Assembly (NCBI GenBank): GCA_041937175.2
Contig: CP166615.1
Coordinates: 2,880,001 to 2,944,000, forward strand
Origin: Limnothrix sp. BL-A-16
GTDB taxonomy: Bacteria; Cyanobacteriota; Cyanobacteriia; CACIAM-69d
Direction: 5' to 3'
Length of the DNA stretch: 64,000 bases
Shown: positions 9,768 to 20,865 of the stretch, piece by piece
How positions within the stretch are numbered: position 1 is the stretch's first letter
How the letters are laid out: each line of letters begins with the position of its first letter
The notes under the pieces: model-generated
The model's input: only the letters and a program-made list of their open reading frames with translations
What the model was told of the DNA's origin: nothing
Database searches by the model: none
Made by a program: the position numbers and the translations under genes

Positions 9768-10961
9768 TCAGTTTCTCAATGGAGACGGGGACTTCGCAGT
9801 TCCCGCTCCACCGCGATCGCCCAAATATTTTTCCAACAGCGCCACAATCTTTTCCTTGCGAGGCGGCTTGGGCAAAAAGTCCGTAGAACCAACCAGCTTG
9901 GCCCGCACGCGATCGACTAACCCATCTTGCCCCGTCAAAATCGTGACCGGCGTATCGCGAAATCCTTCCAAGCGGCGAATCTGAGTACAAATCTCATACC
10001 CATTCACCACCGGCATATTCAAATCCAAAAAGATGAAATCCGGTCGGTGTTTGCGCAACAACGGAATCGCCTGCACCGGATCCTGAGTTGACACAAACCG
10101 ATAACCCGCATGGGTCACAATATTCTCTAAAGACCGACAAATTACCATACTGTCATCAATGCAGGCCACCAGCGCCCCCGCCGTTGGTTCCAGCAAGCCC
10201 GAAAGGGGATTGGGTAAATCTGGCAAGCTCCGAAATTCCACCGCATTTTGTTGCAAGAAATAGCGCAAAATGCGAATGGCCACCATCGAAGATTGTTGCA
10301 GCTTAACGTCAATATCCCAAAAGGTTCGCTGACCATTAAACAGCGGCTGCAAACTATAAAAAGATGTGCTTTCCGTTTGTTCTTGAATTTTGGTATTCAA
10401 AGCCGATGAATCTTTCAACATTGGTGCGCGATTGCTGTAGTCCAAATCCAGACCCAGCAATTGCCAGCGCTGCCAAAGCTGTTCCGCCACCTGCATCAAA
10501 GACTGGACTTCGCATTGCTCCAAAGTCACCTGGGATCCGGTGTCATGATCCAACAGGGGAAAGGGCTGCCAATTAAATTGCGGCTCCATCATGCTGGCCG
10601 CCGTAAAGAGCATTTCCTTGGCCGCCGTGCAGACAATATCGCGAGCCTGCTCTGGGTTAATTTCTTCGGCTTTCAGTCCACGGGCCAGGGTGAGCTGTTC
10701 CCAAAAACGCAATTCTGAAGGGCTGGCAAATTCAATCCGAATTCGGCTGGGGCGAAATTGCGGGCAACTACGTTTGATGGCGCGGCTCCAGCGACGCACG
10801 CGGTGAATTTCGCAGGTGGGATAACCGAGTTTGCCACGGTAAAACGGGAGCAACCAGGTGTGCTTGGTGTCGGTAAGCGACAGAACACCCGAGAGCTGCT
10901 TGGCATTGATCGTTGTCAGCAACGCCCTCAGTCTAGAAATCCCTGATGTTTGCCTCAACAT
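9768..10961 (-). CDS. PatA-family response regulator (PATAN + receiver)
   Basis: C-terminal receiver (CIDDS, FLDLNMP, DRVRAKLVG, PKP); N-terminal PATAN-like region. Confidence 0.85.
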   Translation of the reverse strand: MLRQTSGISRLRALLTTINAKQLSGVLSLTDTKHTWLLPFYRGKLGYPTCEIHRVRRWSRAIKRSCPQFRPSRIRIEFASPSELRFWEQLTLARGLKAEEINPEQARDIVCTAAKEMLFTAASMMEPQFNWQPFPLLDHDTGSQVTLEQCEVQSLMQVAEQLWQRWQLLGLDLDYSNRAPMLKDSSALNTKIQEQTESTSFYSLQPLFNGQRTFWDIDVKLQQSSMVAIRILRYFLQQNAVEFRSLPDLPNPLSGLLEPTAGALVACIDDSMVICRSLENIVTHAGYRFVSTQDPVQAIPLLRKHRPDFIFLDLNMPVVNGYEICTQIRRLEGFRDTPVTILTGQDGLVDRVRAKLVGSTDFLPKPPRKEKIVALLEKYLGDRGGAGTAKSPSPLRN

Positions 10962-11643
10962 CAACTCTGCGTATCCTCGTACCCTCAATAATTGTCAGTG
11001 GCTGATTCAGATGGGTGACGATCGCCCTCGGTCTTTGACTTACCCCAAGCATAAATCGATCACTGCGGGCGATCGGTTGTCTGTGATCAGTTGTTAGCGA
11101 TTGTCAGCGATCACTGGCGCTTGCTCGGTGGGCCTGCGACCAGTTGTTAGCGATCGGTGGTCGGTTACTGGTGAATCGGTTACTGGTGAATTGGTATCCG
11201 TGATCGTAGGCTTAATTGGCCGACCCGATCCGAGGGGTCACGGGCTGAATAATTGCTTTTTCGCTCAAAATCCGCAAAAGCCGGACTTTAAGCCACCAAT
11301 TTTGCGCCTAGGCGGAAACAGCCTCAGTAATGCCGAGTTGGCGAGCTTTGGAGGGGTTTGAAACCCGGTTGACTCGCAGCACAGCAGATGGGTCACGAAG
11401 TTTGGCCAACTTTGACCATAGAAGATGGTTCAGACGATGGTTGGGTGATAGTTGCATCAAACCAACTTGGGTGCAACGATCGAGATCATCGATTCCACTG
11501 ATCGAAGCGACTGGCAATCGGAGTGACTGGCTGGCGAGGGTATATAACGGCTGGGTGAACCGATCAGGCTCGTGCCAATCAGGCTCATGGAGATCGGGCT
11601 AGTTCGGATCGAGCTAAGTCAGGGCAGGCTAGTTTGGATCGAG

Positions 11644-12423
11644 CTAGGCAGATCGGGGCGTGGAAACAAGCCGTCCATCTTCAACGGAAACGAGGCGATC
11701 GGCAATATCAAGAATGCGATTGTCATGGGTCACCATCAAAATTGTGCAACCCTGCTGCTTGGCGAGGCCTTGCATGAGGTTAACCACTTCCCGGCCAGAT
11801 TGACTGTCGAGGGCGGCGGTTGGCTCGTCGGCCAACACGATTTTGGGATGGCTGGCAAGGGCGCGGGCGATCGCCACCCGTTGCTTTTGCCCACCGGATA
11901 AATCGTCGGGATAGTAATCCGTGCGATGACCCAAACCCACAAGTTCTAGCATCTCGATCGCGCGCGATCGCATCTCCTGAACAGTCCAACCCACATGCAG
12001 GGACAGACTCATTTGCACGTTTTGGGCAGCGGTTAGACTGCGATGCAAGTTGTGTGCTTGGAAGATATAGCCATTGTATCGTCGCGCCAAGACCAATTCC
12101 TCGGGGCTGGCCCCGTGGAGTTCTCGCCCCAACACACTCAGGTGTCCTTCCTGGACGGAGCGCAAACCGCCAATCAGCGTCAGCAGCGTGGTTTTGCCGG
12201 AACCGGAAGGGCCCGTCACCAACACAATTTCCCCGCGCCGAATTTGCAAATTAATCTCAAAGAGAACTTGTTTTTTCAGGTCTCCGTGACCAAACCAGTG
12301 ATTGAGATTGGCAATTTCAATGGCCCAGGCGGATTCAGGCGTGCTATCGATCGCTGTGTTAATCGCGTCGATCGCCCCGTTTGGCTGTCCCGTGGCGGCT
12401 TGGTTGAGGATGGGGTGAGTCAT
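11644..12423 (-). CDS. devA: DevA-family ABC exporter ATP-binding subunit
   Basis: GPSGSGKT, LSGGQKQRVAIARA, GYIFQAHNL; downstream of devC. Confidence 0.9.
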   Translation of the reverse strand: MTHPILNQAATGQPNGAIDAINTAIDSTPESAWAIEIANLNHWFGHGDLKKQVLFEINLQIRRGEIVLVTGPSGSGKTTLLTLIGGLRSVQEGHLSVLGRELHGASPEELVLARRYNGYIFQAHNLHRSLTAAQNVQMSLSLHVGWTVQEMRSRAIEMLELVGLGHRTDYYPDDLSGGQKQRVAIARALASHPKIVLADEPTAALDSQSGREVVNLMQGLAKQQGCTILMVTHDNRILDIADRLVSVEDGRLVSTPRSA

Positions 12424-12492
12424 GGTGGTTGGTCTGCCTATCTGAAATTGCCACACGGGTTGCCGCACTAGTTGCCGCACTAGTTGCTGCAC

Positions 12493-13779
12493 TTAGAACA
12501 TGTCTGCCGGATCCGCCGATTGCAAACGCCGCGAAGCGATCGCCCCCGAAAAACAGCACATTACGAAGGTGACCATCAACACCAACAGCGCCCGCCCCAA
12601 GGTCATAAACATGGGCAAGTTGGTGGCATTACGGGTCAGGGCATATAAGCCAGCGGACACGGCCAAGCTGGGCACAAACCCAACAATGGCCAAGATCAGC
12701 GCTTCTTCCAAAATCACGCCAATGAAATAGCGGTGGCGATAGCCCATGGCCTTGAGGGTGGCATATTCCCGAATGTGGTCGTTGACATCGGTGGAAAGCA
12801 CTTGGTAGACGATGATTACGCCAATGCCAAACCCCAGGGCCACACCAAAGCTGAAGATGAACCCAATGGCGGTGTTTTTAGCCCAGTAGTCTTTTTCAAA
12901 TTGCACAAATTCCGCCTTGGTTAGCACGTTCACATCGCTCGGCAAGGCGGCTTGCAGTTGGGTGCGCACGGTGGCGGGATCGGCTCCCGGTTTCAGGTAA
13001 ATCAGGCCGATGCTGACGCTGCCAGGGTCTCGCCGGGGAAAAGCCCGCAGAAAGTTGCGATCGCTCGTAAGAATGCTGCCATCAGCGGCGAAGGACGCGC
13101 CCACTTTGTAAGTGCCAATGACCTCAATTCGTTTGCGATCGAGGTCGGTTTGCACGGGTTTGCCCCGATCGAGCTGGGCAATGGTTTTTTGATATTCCCC
13201 CCGGGCTGCTCGATCGAAAAGATAGCGATCTTGCAGCTTCAGCTCATTTTGATGCTGTTGGATTTCAGGGAAGTCAAAGGCCGGGCGATCGGGATTGGTT
13301 CCCAAAATCAGGATTTGTTTTTCCTTGCGGGTTTCGGGATTTTTCCAGTTGCTAATCGTGGCATAGAGGGGATCCGCATTGGCCACGCCGGGGATCGCTT
13401 CCGCTTGAAACAGCCGACGACGGGCAAAGCTGGATAGGCCAATCAAATTTCGAGCCTGGGCGCTGATCAACACCACGTCGGCGGTAATTGCTCGGTTCAG
13501 TCGGGTGTTGCTGTCGTAAAGGGCATTTTGGAACCCCAGTTGCATGAAAATAGCCAAGTCCGCAAAGGCAATGCCCGCCAAGGCCGTCAGTAGCCGTCCC
13601 CGATCGTGCCGAAGCTGTAACCAGCCCAGGGGAATGCGACGTTGCAGGGCCGCAACCCAAGGGGGTGTCGTTTGGGGTTCGGGCGTTGGGAGGGATTTTG
13701 GCGCGGCTTCCAAATCAGCCGGGCCGGGAGCTAGGGATTCGGGGGCTGAGGTGGCAGGGCGAGTGAGGCGATCGAGCAT
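12493..13779 (-). CDS. devC: DevC-family ABC exporter permease
   Basis: PLGWLQL, GIAFAD..FMQLGF, EYATLKAMGY, ADPADMF. Confidence 0.9.
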   Translation of the reverse strand: MLDRLTRPATSAPESLAPGPADLEAAPKSLPTPEPQTTPPWVAALQRRIPLGWLQLRHDRGRLLTALAGIAFADLAIFMQLGFQNALYDSNTRLNRAITADVVLISAQARNLIGLSSFARRRLFQAEAIPGVANADPLYATISNWKNPETRKEKQILILGTNPDRPAFDFPEIQQHQNELKLQDRYLFDRAARGEYQKTIAQLDRGKPVQTDLDRKRIEVIGTYKVGASFAADGSILTSDRNFLRAFPRRDPGSVSIGLIYLKPGADPATVRTQLQAALPSDVNVLTKAEFVQFEKDYWAKNTAIGFIFSFGVALGFGIGVIIVYQVLSTDVNDHIREYATLKAMGYRHRYFIGVILEEALILAIVGFVPSLAVSAGLYALTRNATNLPMFMTLGRALLVLMVTFVMCCFSGAIASRRLQSADPADMF

Positions 13780-13973
13780 GATGGGCATCCATCCCGAAGG
13801 GTTCTCAGGCAGCACGGACAGTGATGGGGGAAATCCGGCTGCCACCGGTGAGCAGAAATTGAGAATCAGGGCGTGCTAGACAGCCCGATCGATCAAGGTT
13901 GAGGCCAAAACTGGGGCTAGTATCGCGACAGGCTTAATACATTGGGTCAACGTTGCGGAGCCAGTCGTGGTAA

Positions 13974-13993
13974 CAAGGGGCTTAAGCCCCTTG
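13974..13993. repeat. REP-like palindrome CAAGGGGCTTAAGCCCCTTG between devB and devC
   Basis: Perfect 20-bp palindrome; its flank matches the 15704 copy in inverted orientation. Confidence 0.85.
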
Positions 13994-14060
13994 CTGCCTA
14001 ACGATTTTGTAGCGATAACAGCCATGTAATTTAACCCAGCGAATTAAGACAGCCACGCTA

Positions 14061-15371
14061 CTAGGGCTGGGGCAGAGATTTCAGGTCGATGGTGGCTTTT
14101 ACTTGCAAATTGGTCAGATTGGCCACCCGCTGGCCATCGGTTGGCTCCAGCCGAATTCGCACTTCCACCACGCGCTCATCCAAGTTGGCAGAAGGATCGA
14201 TATCGCGGGTGGTTTGTTTGCGCACCTGCAACCCCGATCGCACCACCGCTCCTCGCAGTTCACCGGAGAATGCATCGCTCGTGATGGTGGCCGTTTGCCC
14301 CACGCGAACCTTGGGGGCATCGGTGTCATACACTTCCGCCACCACTTCCATGAATTGGGTCTGACCCAAATCGGCAATGCCTTGGCTACCGACCAATTCG
14401 CCGGGCCGAGCGTAAATTTTCAGTACCTGACTATCTCGGGGGGCGCGAATAATGGCGCGGTTGAGATCCGCCCGAGCCTGCTTGGCGGCAGCGATCGCGG
14501 CGGCCAGATCGGCTTCGGCCACTCGTAAATCCGTGGGGCGCACCTCTGCAAGTTGATCGAGGGTGGCCCGAGCGGCGGTGAGCTGAGCCACACCCGTGGT
14601 CCGGATGCGATCGAGGCTGGCCTGGGCTTCCACCACTTTTTCTCGATAGGAAGCGTCGATTTGGGCCAAATTAGCCCGCGCTTCTACCAACCGAGCACGG
14701 GCCGTATCCAGGGTGGTGGTTTTGCTGTCCCGTTGCGAGGCGGAAATCGCCCCCGTGCCATAGAGGCTGGCGTAGCGATCGGCTTCCACCTGGGCGTTGG
14801 CTAGCTCCGCTTCCAAACGGGCGATCGTGGCCCGTTGGGCGGCCAGTTGAGTATTCCGTTCCGCCATCAGTCGATCGAGCGTGGCCCGTTGGGAACGCCA
14901 ATCGCCATCCCGCTGGGCCCGTACCCGATTGATCTCTGCCGACTGGGCATTCAGTTCGCCTCGTTTGGCCCCGGCTCGCACCCGATCGAGCGCCGCTTGG
15001 GCCGAATCCACCTGGCGATCGGCCCGTTCCACCGCCGCCGCCAACCGTTCCGCCTCATCCAAAATCGCCACCACCTGGCCCGCCCGCACCCGATCGCCCT
15101 CCTCCACCAACAGACGGGCAATTCGCGAATCAGTGCTCGAGGGCGGAGCCGCCAGCGTAATCACCTCCCCCGCTGGCTCCAGTTGCCCCAGAGCCGTCAC
15201 CACCGTGGGCGACGGCAAGGGCGTAACCACTGGAGCCGGAGTTTCCGCCGCTCGGCTGCGCAACAGCACCGTGCCCCCACCCACCAAGACCACCGCTCCC
15301 AAAGCGATCGGAATCGTCGCTTGAGTCCATTGACGGGGATTGAGCAATTTCCAAGGAACCGGACTGGTCAC
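14061..15371 (-). CDS. devB: DevB-family membrane fusion protein
   Basis: GTG start with GGAGGG SD; TM segment, VTALGQLEP, coiled coil, ANLTNLQV. Confidence 0.9.
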   Translation of the reverse strand: MTSPVPWKLLNPRQWTQATIPIALGAVVLVGGGTVLLRSRAAETPAPVVTPLPSPTVVTALGQLEPAGEVITLAAPPSSTDSRIARLLVEEGDRVRAGQVVAILDEAERLAAAVERADRQVDSAQAALDRVRAGAKRGELNAQSAEINRVRAQRDGDWRSQRATLDRLMAERNTQLAAQRATIARLEAELANAQVEADRYASLYGTGAISASQRDSKTTTLDTARARLVEARANLAQIDASYREKVVEAQASLDRIRTTGVAQLTAARATLDQLAEVRPTDLRVAEADLAAAIAAAKQARADLNRAIIRAPRDSQVLKIYARPGELVGSQGIADLGQTQFMEVVAEVYDTDAPKVRVGQTATITSDAFSGELRGAVVRSGLQVRKQTTRDIDPSANLDERVVEVRIRLEPTDGQRVANLTNLQVKATIDLKSLPQP

Positions 15372-15433
15372 GATGTCGCCCTCCGAATCTTGTGCAGCGA
15401 GCTGTGGAGTGAGAGAGGTATAGCAGGTAATCA

Positions 15434-15484
15434 AACTAAACTGTCTAGTTCAATTTTGAGTATAGCTAGACTAAACCGTTTAGT
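15434..15484. promoter_or_regulatory. Two palindromic TetR-type operators between devB and tetR
   Basis: AACTAAACTGTCTAGTT (15434-15450) and ACTAAACCGTTTAGT (15470-15484). Confidence 0.65.
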
Positions 15485-15652
15485 ACAATAGGAATTAATG
15501 AGAAATTCATCCCCAGGTGAAATTTTCTGACTCAAACCCTCCAAACCCTTAACCACAGAGGTCTTTTGCTGCTCAAGGTCACCTGATGCAATCCAAGGCG
15601 ATCGCCCATTAATCTTTAATGACTGCCCAGGAGAACGTTAAGGTTAGGGCTT

Positions 15653-15758
15653 ATCGCCAAACTGCCTGCAACCCTGATTCCACTGTTAGCAGATCGGGGG
15701 GGACAAGGGGCTTAAGCCCCTTGTTACGACGATTGGGACATGGAAAGTCAATCATTTC
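15653..15758. repeat. 106-bp dispersed repeat containing the REP-like palindrome, copy 1
   Basis: Aligns without gaps to 35584-35689. Confidence 0.8.
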
Positions 15759-15975
15759 CGTCTGATCCGAGGAAATGGCGGCAGGCCCTAAAACCTTGTA
15801 GAAATGTCATGGTTTGGAATCAACCAGAGGTCAGCGCGCATCAACTGTGAATCAACCGTTACACCGCATCCACGCTATCAATCACTAATCCTGTCAATTT
15901 TGGGCAGGAAGATCCTGGGCAGAGATCAGGGCAGCCCAGCCCCCCTGGCTCAACTCCGTTGCTATTTTGTAGGTA

Positions 15976-16587
15976 ATGACCATGTTCGTTCCGGCTGCGC
16001 ACCCGATCGCCCCCCTCAGCAAAAAACGCCAGATCCTGGACGGAGCCATGAAAACCTTCCTGGCCAAAGGTTATGCAGGCACGAGCATGGATCGCGTGGC
16101 GGCCACCGCAGGCGTTTCCAAAGCAACGGTTTACAGCCACTTCCAAAGCAAGGAAAGTCTTTTTGGGGCGCTGGTGGAAGAGCTGGCCCGCAGCAAGTTT
16201 CCGGAAATGTTTGATGAAACCCTGATGAGGGCTGACCCACACCACTTTTTGCGGCATTTGGCCAATCTCTTCATCTTCAAGGTGGGCCAGGACGAGGGAC
16301 ATGTGGCCTTCATTCGCCTGATCATGGCGGAGTCGGAGCGGTTTCCGGAGTTATCCGAACTGTTCATTCGGAATTTTTGCCAGCGCGGGTGCGAAGCCCT
16401 CACCAGCTACTTGGCAGCCCATCCGGAACTAAATATTGACGATCCAGAAGCCACCGCCCGCATTTTCATTGGTGCTCTAGCTCACTTCAACATTACGCAA
16501 GAAATGTTGGGCGGTAAGCACTTGATTCCCATGGATCCCCAGCGCGTGATCGATACATTGCTGGCCATGATTTTGCGCAACCCCTAG
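15976..16587 (+). CDS. TetR/AcrR family regulator, divergent from devBCA
   Basis: HTH GYAGTSMDRVAATAGVSKATVYSHFQSKESLF. Confidence 0.92.
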   Translation: MTMFVPAAHPIAPLSKKRQILDGAMKTFLAKGYAGTSMDRVAATAGVSKATVYSHFQSKESLFGALVEELARSKFPEMFDETLMRADPHHFLRHLANLFIFKVGQDEGHVAFIRLIMAESERFPELSELFIRNFCQRGCEALTSYLAAHPELNIDDPEATARIFIGALAHFNITQEMLGGKHLIPMDPQRVIDTLLAMILRNP

Positions 16588-16857
16588 CCGGTGGCTCCCC
16601 ATTCCCCACTCTGGATCCATCGACAGGATTGATAGATTTTTTTATAGATTTCATCAGGCCCCACTGATCCAGAGATCCATCAAGACGATCGCCCCACTCG
16701 TGCAGATCGATCGTCTTGAGCTATCCAAATGCCGGGGATCGTCAATCGGCCAGGTTTTGCCGCCAGCCGCCAAAAAGTATTACCATTTTTTAACAGAGAC
16801 TCAGTGTTTGGAGCACTGCACGTTCTTCTTGGAAGGATTTCCCTCATTATTTCAATC

Positions 16858-17574
16858 ATGACTATCGCCGCCTCTAATGCGATCTCAAATGGGATGGTTA
16901 ATCCCAGTAGTTCAGCCACGGAAGACGAGGGCAAAGGGCTTTTAACCCGTCCCGATCGCAACACCCATGACGGACAACCTGCGCAAGTGCACCAGCCTCC
17001 AGCAGTCAGCAAGGATGACATGATGGACGCGGTACGGACGATTCTGTTAGGGGTTGGTGAAGATCCCGAGCGCGAAGGGCTGCTGAAAACCCCGCACCGG
17101 GTGGCGGAGGCTATGCGTTTCCTCACCAGCGGCTATGACATGTCGTTGGAAACATTGGTCAATGGGGCCATTTTTGATGAGGGCCACAATGAAATGGTTC
17201 TCGTTCGCGACATCAACTTCTTCAGCCTTTGTGAACACCATATGCTGCCCTTCATGGGCCGGGCCCATGTGGCATACATTCCCAACCAAAAGGTGGTGGG
17301 CTTGAGCAAGTTGGCTCGGATCGTGGAAATGTATGCCCGTCGTTTGCAGGTGCAAGAACGCCTAACCCGTCAAGTGGCGGAAGCGATCCAAGAAGTCCTG
17401 GAGCCTCGGGGGGTGGCTGTGGTGATGGAGGGAACCCACATGTGCATGTCGATGCGTGGGGTACAAAAGCCGGGTTCCTGGACGGTGACCAGTGCCATGG
17501 TGGGTGTGTTCCAAGAAGATCAAAAAACCCGCGAAGAGTTTTTGAACCTGATTCGGCATCAGCCGTCGTTCTAG
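16858..17574 (+). CDS. folE: GTP cyclohydrolase I
   Basis: [32 protein letters not shown]. Confidence 0.97.
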   Translation: MTIAASNAISNGMVNPSSSATEDEGKGLLTRPDRNTHDGQPAQVHQPPAVSKDDMMDAVRTILLGVGEDPEREGLLKTPHRVAEAMRFLTSGYDMSLETLVNGAIFDEGHNEMVLVRDINFFSLCEHHMLPFMGRAHVAYIPNQKVVGLSKLARIVEMYARRLQVQERLTRQVAEAIQEVLEPRGVAVVMEGTHMCMSMRGVQKPGSWTVTSAMVGVFQEDQKTREEFLNLIRHQPSF

Positions 17575-17648
17575 GTTTTAAGGCAGGGCACTGAAGAGCT
17601 GTGATCAGATCCTCAATCGCCTGATCCTGCTGTTGCGAGATTGTGATG

Positions 17649-17672
17649 GACAAGGGGCTTAAGCCCCTTGTC
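17649..17672. repeat. REP-like palindrome between the convergent folE and membrane-protein genes
   Basis: GACAAGGGGCTTAAGCCCCTTGTC, perfect 24-bp palindrome. Confidence 0.85.
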
Positions 17673-17685
17673 TGTCAGAGGCCTA

Positions 17686-19413
17686 TTACTCTGGCGGGGC
17701 GACTTCTGGGGCTGTGGGGGGGAGCGTTTGGGTCAAGCAGTTGGCATCTAAGAGCAAGAGTCCCTCTTGGGATTGAGCTGCCAAGCAGCGATCGACCCGT
17801 TGAGACAGCGCCGATCGCCGGCCACTGGCTAGCCAACGCCGGGCTTCTCCGTAGGCGGGTTGGTATTGCCGTAACCAGTCATTATTTTCCAAATAGTCGC
17901 GATCGAACGCGCCCGGATCCAGTAACCAGTGAGTGGGTTGATATTGGGCGATCGCGGCTCGCAACAGGCTGAGATCAGGGCTGTATTGGGCCCGCAGCAA
18001 GGTTTCCACGCGCGATCGAAACTCCCGGTAATAGCCCCAGTGGTAGGGAATTGCAAATTCAGCTCCCACCAAAACGGATTTACCGGCGAAGGTGGGGATG
18101 TTGCTGGCTTCGCCGGAAAGGGTGGCAATGCGCGTGTTGTTTGGATAGTCGGCCAAGATTTCATAGAGATCCGGTGCCTGACCGATCACGTAATTCGCTT
18201 TCGGGAACCCGCGCACGGCCAACGGATAGGCAACTAACAGCCCGATCGCCCCGAGCGTGAGACCCCAAGCCAAAAGTCGCCGCTGGCCTTGGGCCCAAGT
18301 CCAAAGCCGATCGAGCAGTAATACCACCACAATTCCTGTGCTGATCGCCAGGACTGCCCGCAGACCGTGCTGGGTGTAGCGACTGGGCAAGTGCAACCGA
18401 AACAGCAACAGATGGGCTAACCCAAAGCAACCGAAACTGGCCAGGGTCAACAATGGCAGAACTTCAATGCCCGATCGCACTTGAGACCAAAGGGGAAACC
18501 GATCGCGCCAGCGCCAAATCAGGAGCAAGCCCAATCCTAAGACCAGTAAGGGCGGCTCCAGAGGCGGTTGAATGCCGCTACGACCCGCCGACAGCCAAAA
18601 ACGCCCAAAATCTTCATAGAAAAAGCGCGATCGCCCATTGGGTAAAAATTCCGGTAACTGGCGCGCCTGGTCAACGGTAATAGTGGGGCCAAAGGCAGAT
18701 GCATTGGCCGCAAAGGGCAGCAACACCGCCACACAAACCCCCAGCCCGATCGCCCAAATACGCCAATGGGCCTCCCGCCGCCAAACCCCGATCGCTAGAC
18801 GCAGGGTCAACATGGCCGCCGTCACCAAAACATAGTGGGGATAAAAACCGCCCAACAGCCCGATCGCCAAACACAGCCCCCAGGGCGATCGCTTCACCCA
18901 AGCCCACAACACCATCAAAAACAGCGGATTCAAAAAAGCCCGCGCCGTGCCCGAAGCCAAATCGTCTTTCAGCCAAAGGTTTTGGAGGAACAGCAGCGCC
19001 GCCACAAAACCAGCAAAGGGAACCGGCAAAATGGCTCGCGTCACGGCCCAAGCCAACCCCCCGATCGCGCCACTGAGAATGAATGGCCACCCCTTGGCCG
19101 CCGTCACCGCCCCCCAATCCATCACTTCCGGGAACCAGTAGATGGCTCGAAATCCCCAGGGGGCAACGGATTCAAAATAATTCGCAATCCAATCGCCCGG
19201 AAACGCATCCGGGTGACTTAACCGCAACATCCAGAACAAATGTTGCCGACCGTCATCGGCCACCACATAGGGATCCGCAAAGGCTTCCGGCAAGATGGCC
19301 AAGCCATAGCCCAAGCCGAACAGAATACTGGCAATCCACCAGAGCCGATCGACCCAACGGGCTGGCTCGGGGTCAATCAAAAGCTGTCGAAGCCGGGCGA
19401 TCGCAGACATCAT
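17686..19413 (-). CDS. Polytopic membrane protein, possibly a GT-C-type glycosyltransferase
   Basis: About 11 hydrophobic segments, DDGRQH loop after TM1, soluble C-terminal domain. Confidence 0.6.
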   Translation of the reverse strand: MMSAIARLRQLLIDPEPARWVDRLWWIASILFGLGYGLAILPEAFADPYVVADDGRQHLFWMLRLSHPDAFPGDWIANYFESVAPWGFRAIYWFPEVMDWGAVTAAKGWPFILSGAIGGLAWAVTRAILPVPFAGFVAALLFLQNLWLKDDLASGTARAFLNPLFLMVLWAWVKRSPWGLCLAIGLLGGFYPHYVLVTAAMLTLRLAIGVWRREAHWRIWAIGLGVCVAVLLPFAANASAFGPTITVDQARQLPEFLPNGRSRFFYEDFGRFWLSAGRSGIQPPLEPPLLVLGLGLLLIWRWRDRFPLWSQVRSGIEVLPLLTLASFGCFGLAHLLLFRLHLPSRYTQHGLRAVLAISTGIVVVLLLDRLWTWAQGQRRLLAWGLTLGAIGLLVAYPLAVRGFPKANYVIGQAPDLYEILADYPNNTRIATLSGEASNIPTFAGKSVLVGAEFAIPYHWGYYREFRSRVETLLRAQYSPDLSLLRAAIAQYQPTHWLLDPGAFDRDYLENNDWLRQYQPAYGEARRWLASGRRSALSQRVDRCLAAQSQEGLLLLDANCLTQTLPPTAPEVAPPE

Positions 19414-19704
19414 GGGGGTTTGGAAAAAGGGGCCAGGGTGTTGAACCGAATGTCGATCGCCATCAGTCATGGGTTCATCAACCATGGGTTCATCAACAAC
19501 AACCGAGAGCAACCCTAGCGCCAACTTCAGTGCAACGAAACAAAGGGTTTTGTGCTGATGGCTCTGTTGATTAGCCCATCTTGCCAGGCGATCGCCCCCT
19601 CGGGATCCTTCGTTTCCCCCTAGCACCACTGCCCCAACGGCCATTCAGATCCCAGACATCTGGTTTAGGCTGGTAATGAGCGATCGCAAAACACCTTGTG
19701 AACC

Positions 19705-20655
19705 ATGGGCTTCATTGACCCAAAAACGGATTTTGGCTTTAAGCGAATCTTCGCTTCTCCTAACAGCAGACCCATCTTGAAAAGCCTACTCAACGCCCTA
19801 ATTTATGATGGGCAACTGCGGATTCAAGATCTGGAAATTTTAGATCCCTACCAGCAGCCGGAAATTCCCGATTTTAAGTTGAGCATTTTGGATGTGAAAG
19901 CTCAGCTTGATGATGGCTCCACCGTGATTATTGAAATGCAGGTGGCCAAGGTGGAAGCCTTTATCCAGCGAATTTTGTATAACACCACCAAAGCCTATGC
20001 CAGCCAACTGGGACGGGGTAAGTATTATTGGGACTTGAGGCCCGTGATTGCCGTCACCATCACGGACTTTATCTTATTTGATGATCCAGAGGTGGATCAG
20101 GCCTTGCCCATTTCCCGGTTCAGCATTCTGAATGAAGAAACCCACGCCCTTTGCACCTCGCAATTGCGCTGGATTTTTGTAGAATTACCGAAATTTGGTA
20201 AGGATTTGGCGGACTTAGAAGGACTGGTCGATCGCTGGTTATTTTTCTTGCAACGGGCCGGGGAGTTGCAACAAGCTCCTCCGGAATTGACCAGCGATCA
20301 TGATTTACAGTCAGCCCTAGACATTGCCAACGAAAGTCAACTGTCTCCGGCAGAGTTGCGCTTTTTTGAGGCGGAACTCGATCGACTGCGCGTCATGCAA
20401 GGGCAAATTTTCAGCGCTCGGGACGAGGGTCTTGCGGAAGGACTAGCCGAAGGACTAGCTGAAGGGCTGGCTGAGGGGCGAGCTGAAGGGCTGGCAGCAG
20501 GGCGTGCGGAGGGGATGACCTTAGGGGCGAAGCAGCGAGAACTGGAAATTGCCCGCGAGCTGCTGAAAACACTGGATCCGGAAACGGTCAGCCGGGTGAC
20601 GGGGTTGTCGATCGAACAAGTGCAGGATCTGGCCCAAGCCACCGATGATCCTTAA
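19705..20655 (+). CDS. Rpn family recombination-promoting nuclease / putative transposase (PD-(D/E)XK)
   Basis: FIDPKTDFGFKRIF, LDVKA..IIEMQ, ELPKF, EGLA repeats, C-terminal TGLS HTH. Confidence 0.9.
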   Translation: MGFIDPKTDFGFKRIFASPNSRPILKSLLNALIYDGQLRIQDLEILDPYQQPEIPDFKLSILDVKAQLDDGSTVIIEMQVAKVEAFIQRILYNTTKAYASQLGRGKYYWDLRPVIAVTITDFILFDDPEVDQALPISRFSILNEETHALCTSQLRWIFVELPKFGKDLADLEGLVDRWLFFLQRAGELQQAPPELTSDHDLQSALDIANESQLSPAELRFFEAELDRLRVMQGQIFSARDEGLAEGLAEGLAEGLAEGRAEGLAAGRAEGMTLGAKQRELEIARELLKTLDPETVSRVTGLSIEQVQDLAQATDDP

Positions 20656-20865
20656 AGTTGCACCAAAAATTGCACCCAAATTGCGCCGGGTTCATTAAGG
20701 CCAAAACACCAAACTCAACGGGTCATTTCGCCCACTGCAAACCAAGGACAAATCCCCAAAGGGCGAAACCCTTGCCTTATACTGCGATCAAACGCTCCCT
20801 GATCGCCCAAGAGCTAACGGGAGCAACGATTCGATCGGCTCTTTGAACCCACGCCGCAAACTACC

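Noticed and set aside
10990..11640. Small ORFs between the patA-like gene and devA
   Set aside because: Low-complexity degenerate repeats, with no convincing start signals or protein motifs
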